DNA of 61,837 nucleotides, filler included, from Vannella sp. (Eukaryota), in assembly GCA_023345925.1 (NCBI GenBank). It is 7 parts of 7 records of this genome, joined end to end, with 100 filler letters (N's around TTAATTAATTAA, not from the genome) between each part and the next. Parts side by side here need not be neighbours in the genome. Positions count along the whole stretch, not along the records: positions 56,003 to 61,837 come from JAJQQN010000611.1; 6 more parts are not named here. The stretch is one strand, 5' to 3'. How positions within the stretch are numbered: position 1 is the first letter of the stretch; the number at the start of each line of letters is the position of its first letter. A model generated the notes under the pieces. It was not told the origin of the DNA, did no database searches, and saw only the letters and a list, made by a program, of their open reading frames with translations. The position numbers and the translations under genes were made by a program. Below, in pieces: positions 59,701-61,837 of the stretch.

Positions 59701-61554
59701 TGTTAACCGCCCAGAATCTCGAAGTAGTTCCAGCACCTTTTCGCGTTCGTCCTGCCTTATTTCGCAATGATCCATAAGAGAGATGAGTTCATTCCAGAGG
59801 ATCAGAGGCTTGCTTTTCGTATTGCAAAGTGAGAAGCAGTTGTCACTCAGTAGTTTCCACCGCTTTGGGATCTGGATGGATACTACTTGGTGGTCTATCG
59901 CGGCACTAGCAATGGAGGCTGCCAAAACATTAATTCCCTCATTTGTCTTGTTGCTGACTATATGAAAAGAGTCAATCACTCCTCGGCTTACAAATGACTC
60001 GAGGAGGGATCTCAATTGAGCTTTCCTTGCGTCTGTAAACTTAGGGCCATCTGCAAAGGTCGCCGAAACGATTATAGATGACTTTCCTAGTGAAGAAGCT
60101 CTCCGTATTTGCTGACTCCAAAAGGGAAGTACATCCGCGTCTATCAAATCTGGAGCTGACAAGACGATGACATATATCGCCCTTGCCGTCATAACATGTT
60201 GGAAGGCTCGGTAGTGCATCTCTTCTGACCCAAGATCCCAAACAGAAAGAGAAATGCCGTTGGGCAGCCTCCAATCGTACAATTGCGTACCAGGTGCGTT
60301 CAGTTTGAGTGAGTAATCGACATTGATAGGAGCTGAAGCTTGTCGAATTAGGGTTTGAACCGCCAATGAGCTTTGAGTCAGAAAAGTGCTTTGATTATGA
60401 AGATGAGTAGCTTGAGGAGATACAGCGACATTCAAGGTATCGATCTTCCCCAGCTTCTTGCACAAAGTTGACTTTCCCGAGCCGACGGCCCCAACAAACA
60501 CCAATTTGACATGTTTCCAAGGCTCCTCAACATGAGGGATCTGGCTCAAGTACTTGAGAATAGCCACATTCCCCTTGCTGACCACTCTTGGAGGTAGAAA
60601 GCAAAACGGGTTCTTACGGCACTTGAATTTCTTGAGATTGGGGAGCTTGAGAACCGCTATGGGAGGAAGATCAATCTGATTGTGATTGACATCGAGATAG
60701 CGGAGGCATGTTAGAGCACTGATACCCGAAGGAATGCTCTCTATTTGATTCAAATTAAGAGCCAGCGTCGTCAGATTCACTAACTGAAAGGTCTCCGCAG
60801 GGATTGTCGTGAGAAGGTTCTCAGACAAGTCCAATTCTGTCAGATTTAACAGTTGCCTTTGAAAGATCTCTTCAAAGATCTTCGTATCCGATTGAAGTTC
60901 AGTTTGGCGCAAACACAAAGAGTTGGAAGCCTTCAAAGAAGCCAGGAAGACGGCGAGCACCTGAGCAACTTCAAAGGAACCAGAAGTCATGGCAGTCTGG
61001 TGAGGGGTCAGCCGGTCTGAGTCTTTCGTAGTTACGTTGATTCCTGGTTGCTCCAGCAACAGCTTAGTCATGCGAACGTGGTTCTTCCTTGCTGCCAGGT
61101 GCAACGCTGACTTGTCCAGGAAGGTGGGGTCCGTCGAGCCCTCTATTGGGTTAGAGAGCTGGTTGACATCTGCTTTGGTTCGAAGTAAGCTCTTCGCGCA
61201 AGTGCAGCGGTCCAACTGGGCAGCCAAGTGGAGTGGAGAGTACTTGCGGCACTCGCTGGCCTTTCTGATGTGGGCAGAGGGCGTCTGCGCAAGGATGTAG
61301 TCAAGCCGAGATCTTTTGTTCATTTCAATGGCTTTCTTCATCTCATCAAAGAGGAGGAAGCAGTCCAAAGGGACTGGAGCACTGACCATCACCGAATCCG
61401 AATCCGAATCCTCTCCCGTGGGCTCTCGACTGTGGGGGGCAGAAAGGAAGCGAATGCGCGATCCAAAGTTGACAGGAGCCTGCCCTGTTTTGCGCCCTTG
61501 AGTCCAACTACGAGGTTTGTCCAAGAGTGTCAGACTTTCACCCTCAACCTCCAT
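56775..61554 (-). CDS. Roco-family kinase: ankyrin-LRR-Roc-COR-TKL kinase-WD40
   Basis: ANK (SPLHLAA, SALHLAA), LRR (LTELDLSENLL, LRYLDVNHNQI), Roc (VKLVFVGAVGSGKSTL, SVWDL), COR (LLQPNWL, FSRLLIRL), kinase (GKGGFGAVF, VAIK, HRDLRSPNIL, DFG, WQWHAPE), and a WD40-like tail (GHTRKI...IWSCSDDGSIRVW). Confidence 0.95.
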
Positions 61555-61837
61555 TCCGCCAAACCAAAAAACAAATAGTCACTCAGGAATTGAAATTGGC
61601 ATTACCTGCATGCATTAGTTTTGGGTAAACACGCAACAAAAAGTGCAACGGATGATCGTGATGCTTCAAGGAATGATCGATCCTTTCCTGGAAATAATGA
61701 GGTGATGTAATCCACCTAAAATTCTGTCTGGAAAAGCATGTTCGCTAGCAACTAGTCGCTCCCCAAAGTCGGATGTCACCATTGCATCAAAGAGACCCAA
61801 AAGAGAAGATCCCACAGTGGAGTTCCTCCGTCGGAAC

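Overview
This is eukaryotic, gene-dense genomic DNA with roughly balanced GC and many short (about 45-60 nt) GT-AG introns. It is seven contigs joined by six artificial 100-nt linkers (N44-TTAATTAATTAA-N44), so gene order across linkers means nothing. The gene content suggests a protist, probably an amoebozoan (inference). Genes found: a Frizzled/Smoothened-like GPCR, an RCC1-RhoGAP, a giant BIRC6-type E2/E3, a PIP kinase, Rictor, POP1, a small Cys-rich surface protein, a WD40 protein, TAPT1, GRHPR, a USP9/24/34-type deubiquitinase, a SMYD, a RapGAP, a BAR-PH-ArfGAP-ANK protein, an alpha-amylase, TAF1B/Rrn7, a Furry-like protein, a serpin and a Roco kinase. I see no CRISPR array, rRNA, tRNA or transposase, and no clear multi-gene novel system. 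The best leads are: (1) a 265-bp fold-back element with perfect 41-bp arms; (2) an LRRK1-like Roco kinase with a degenerate Roc GTPase; (3) a PIP kinase with a type II (PIP4K) activation loop; (4) a BIRC6 relative with tandem ZZ fingers and no visible BIR domain; (5) 3' splice sites apparently chosen by distance from the branch point; (6) two pseudogene relics. All exon models were spliced by eye.
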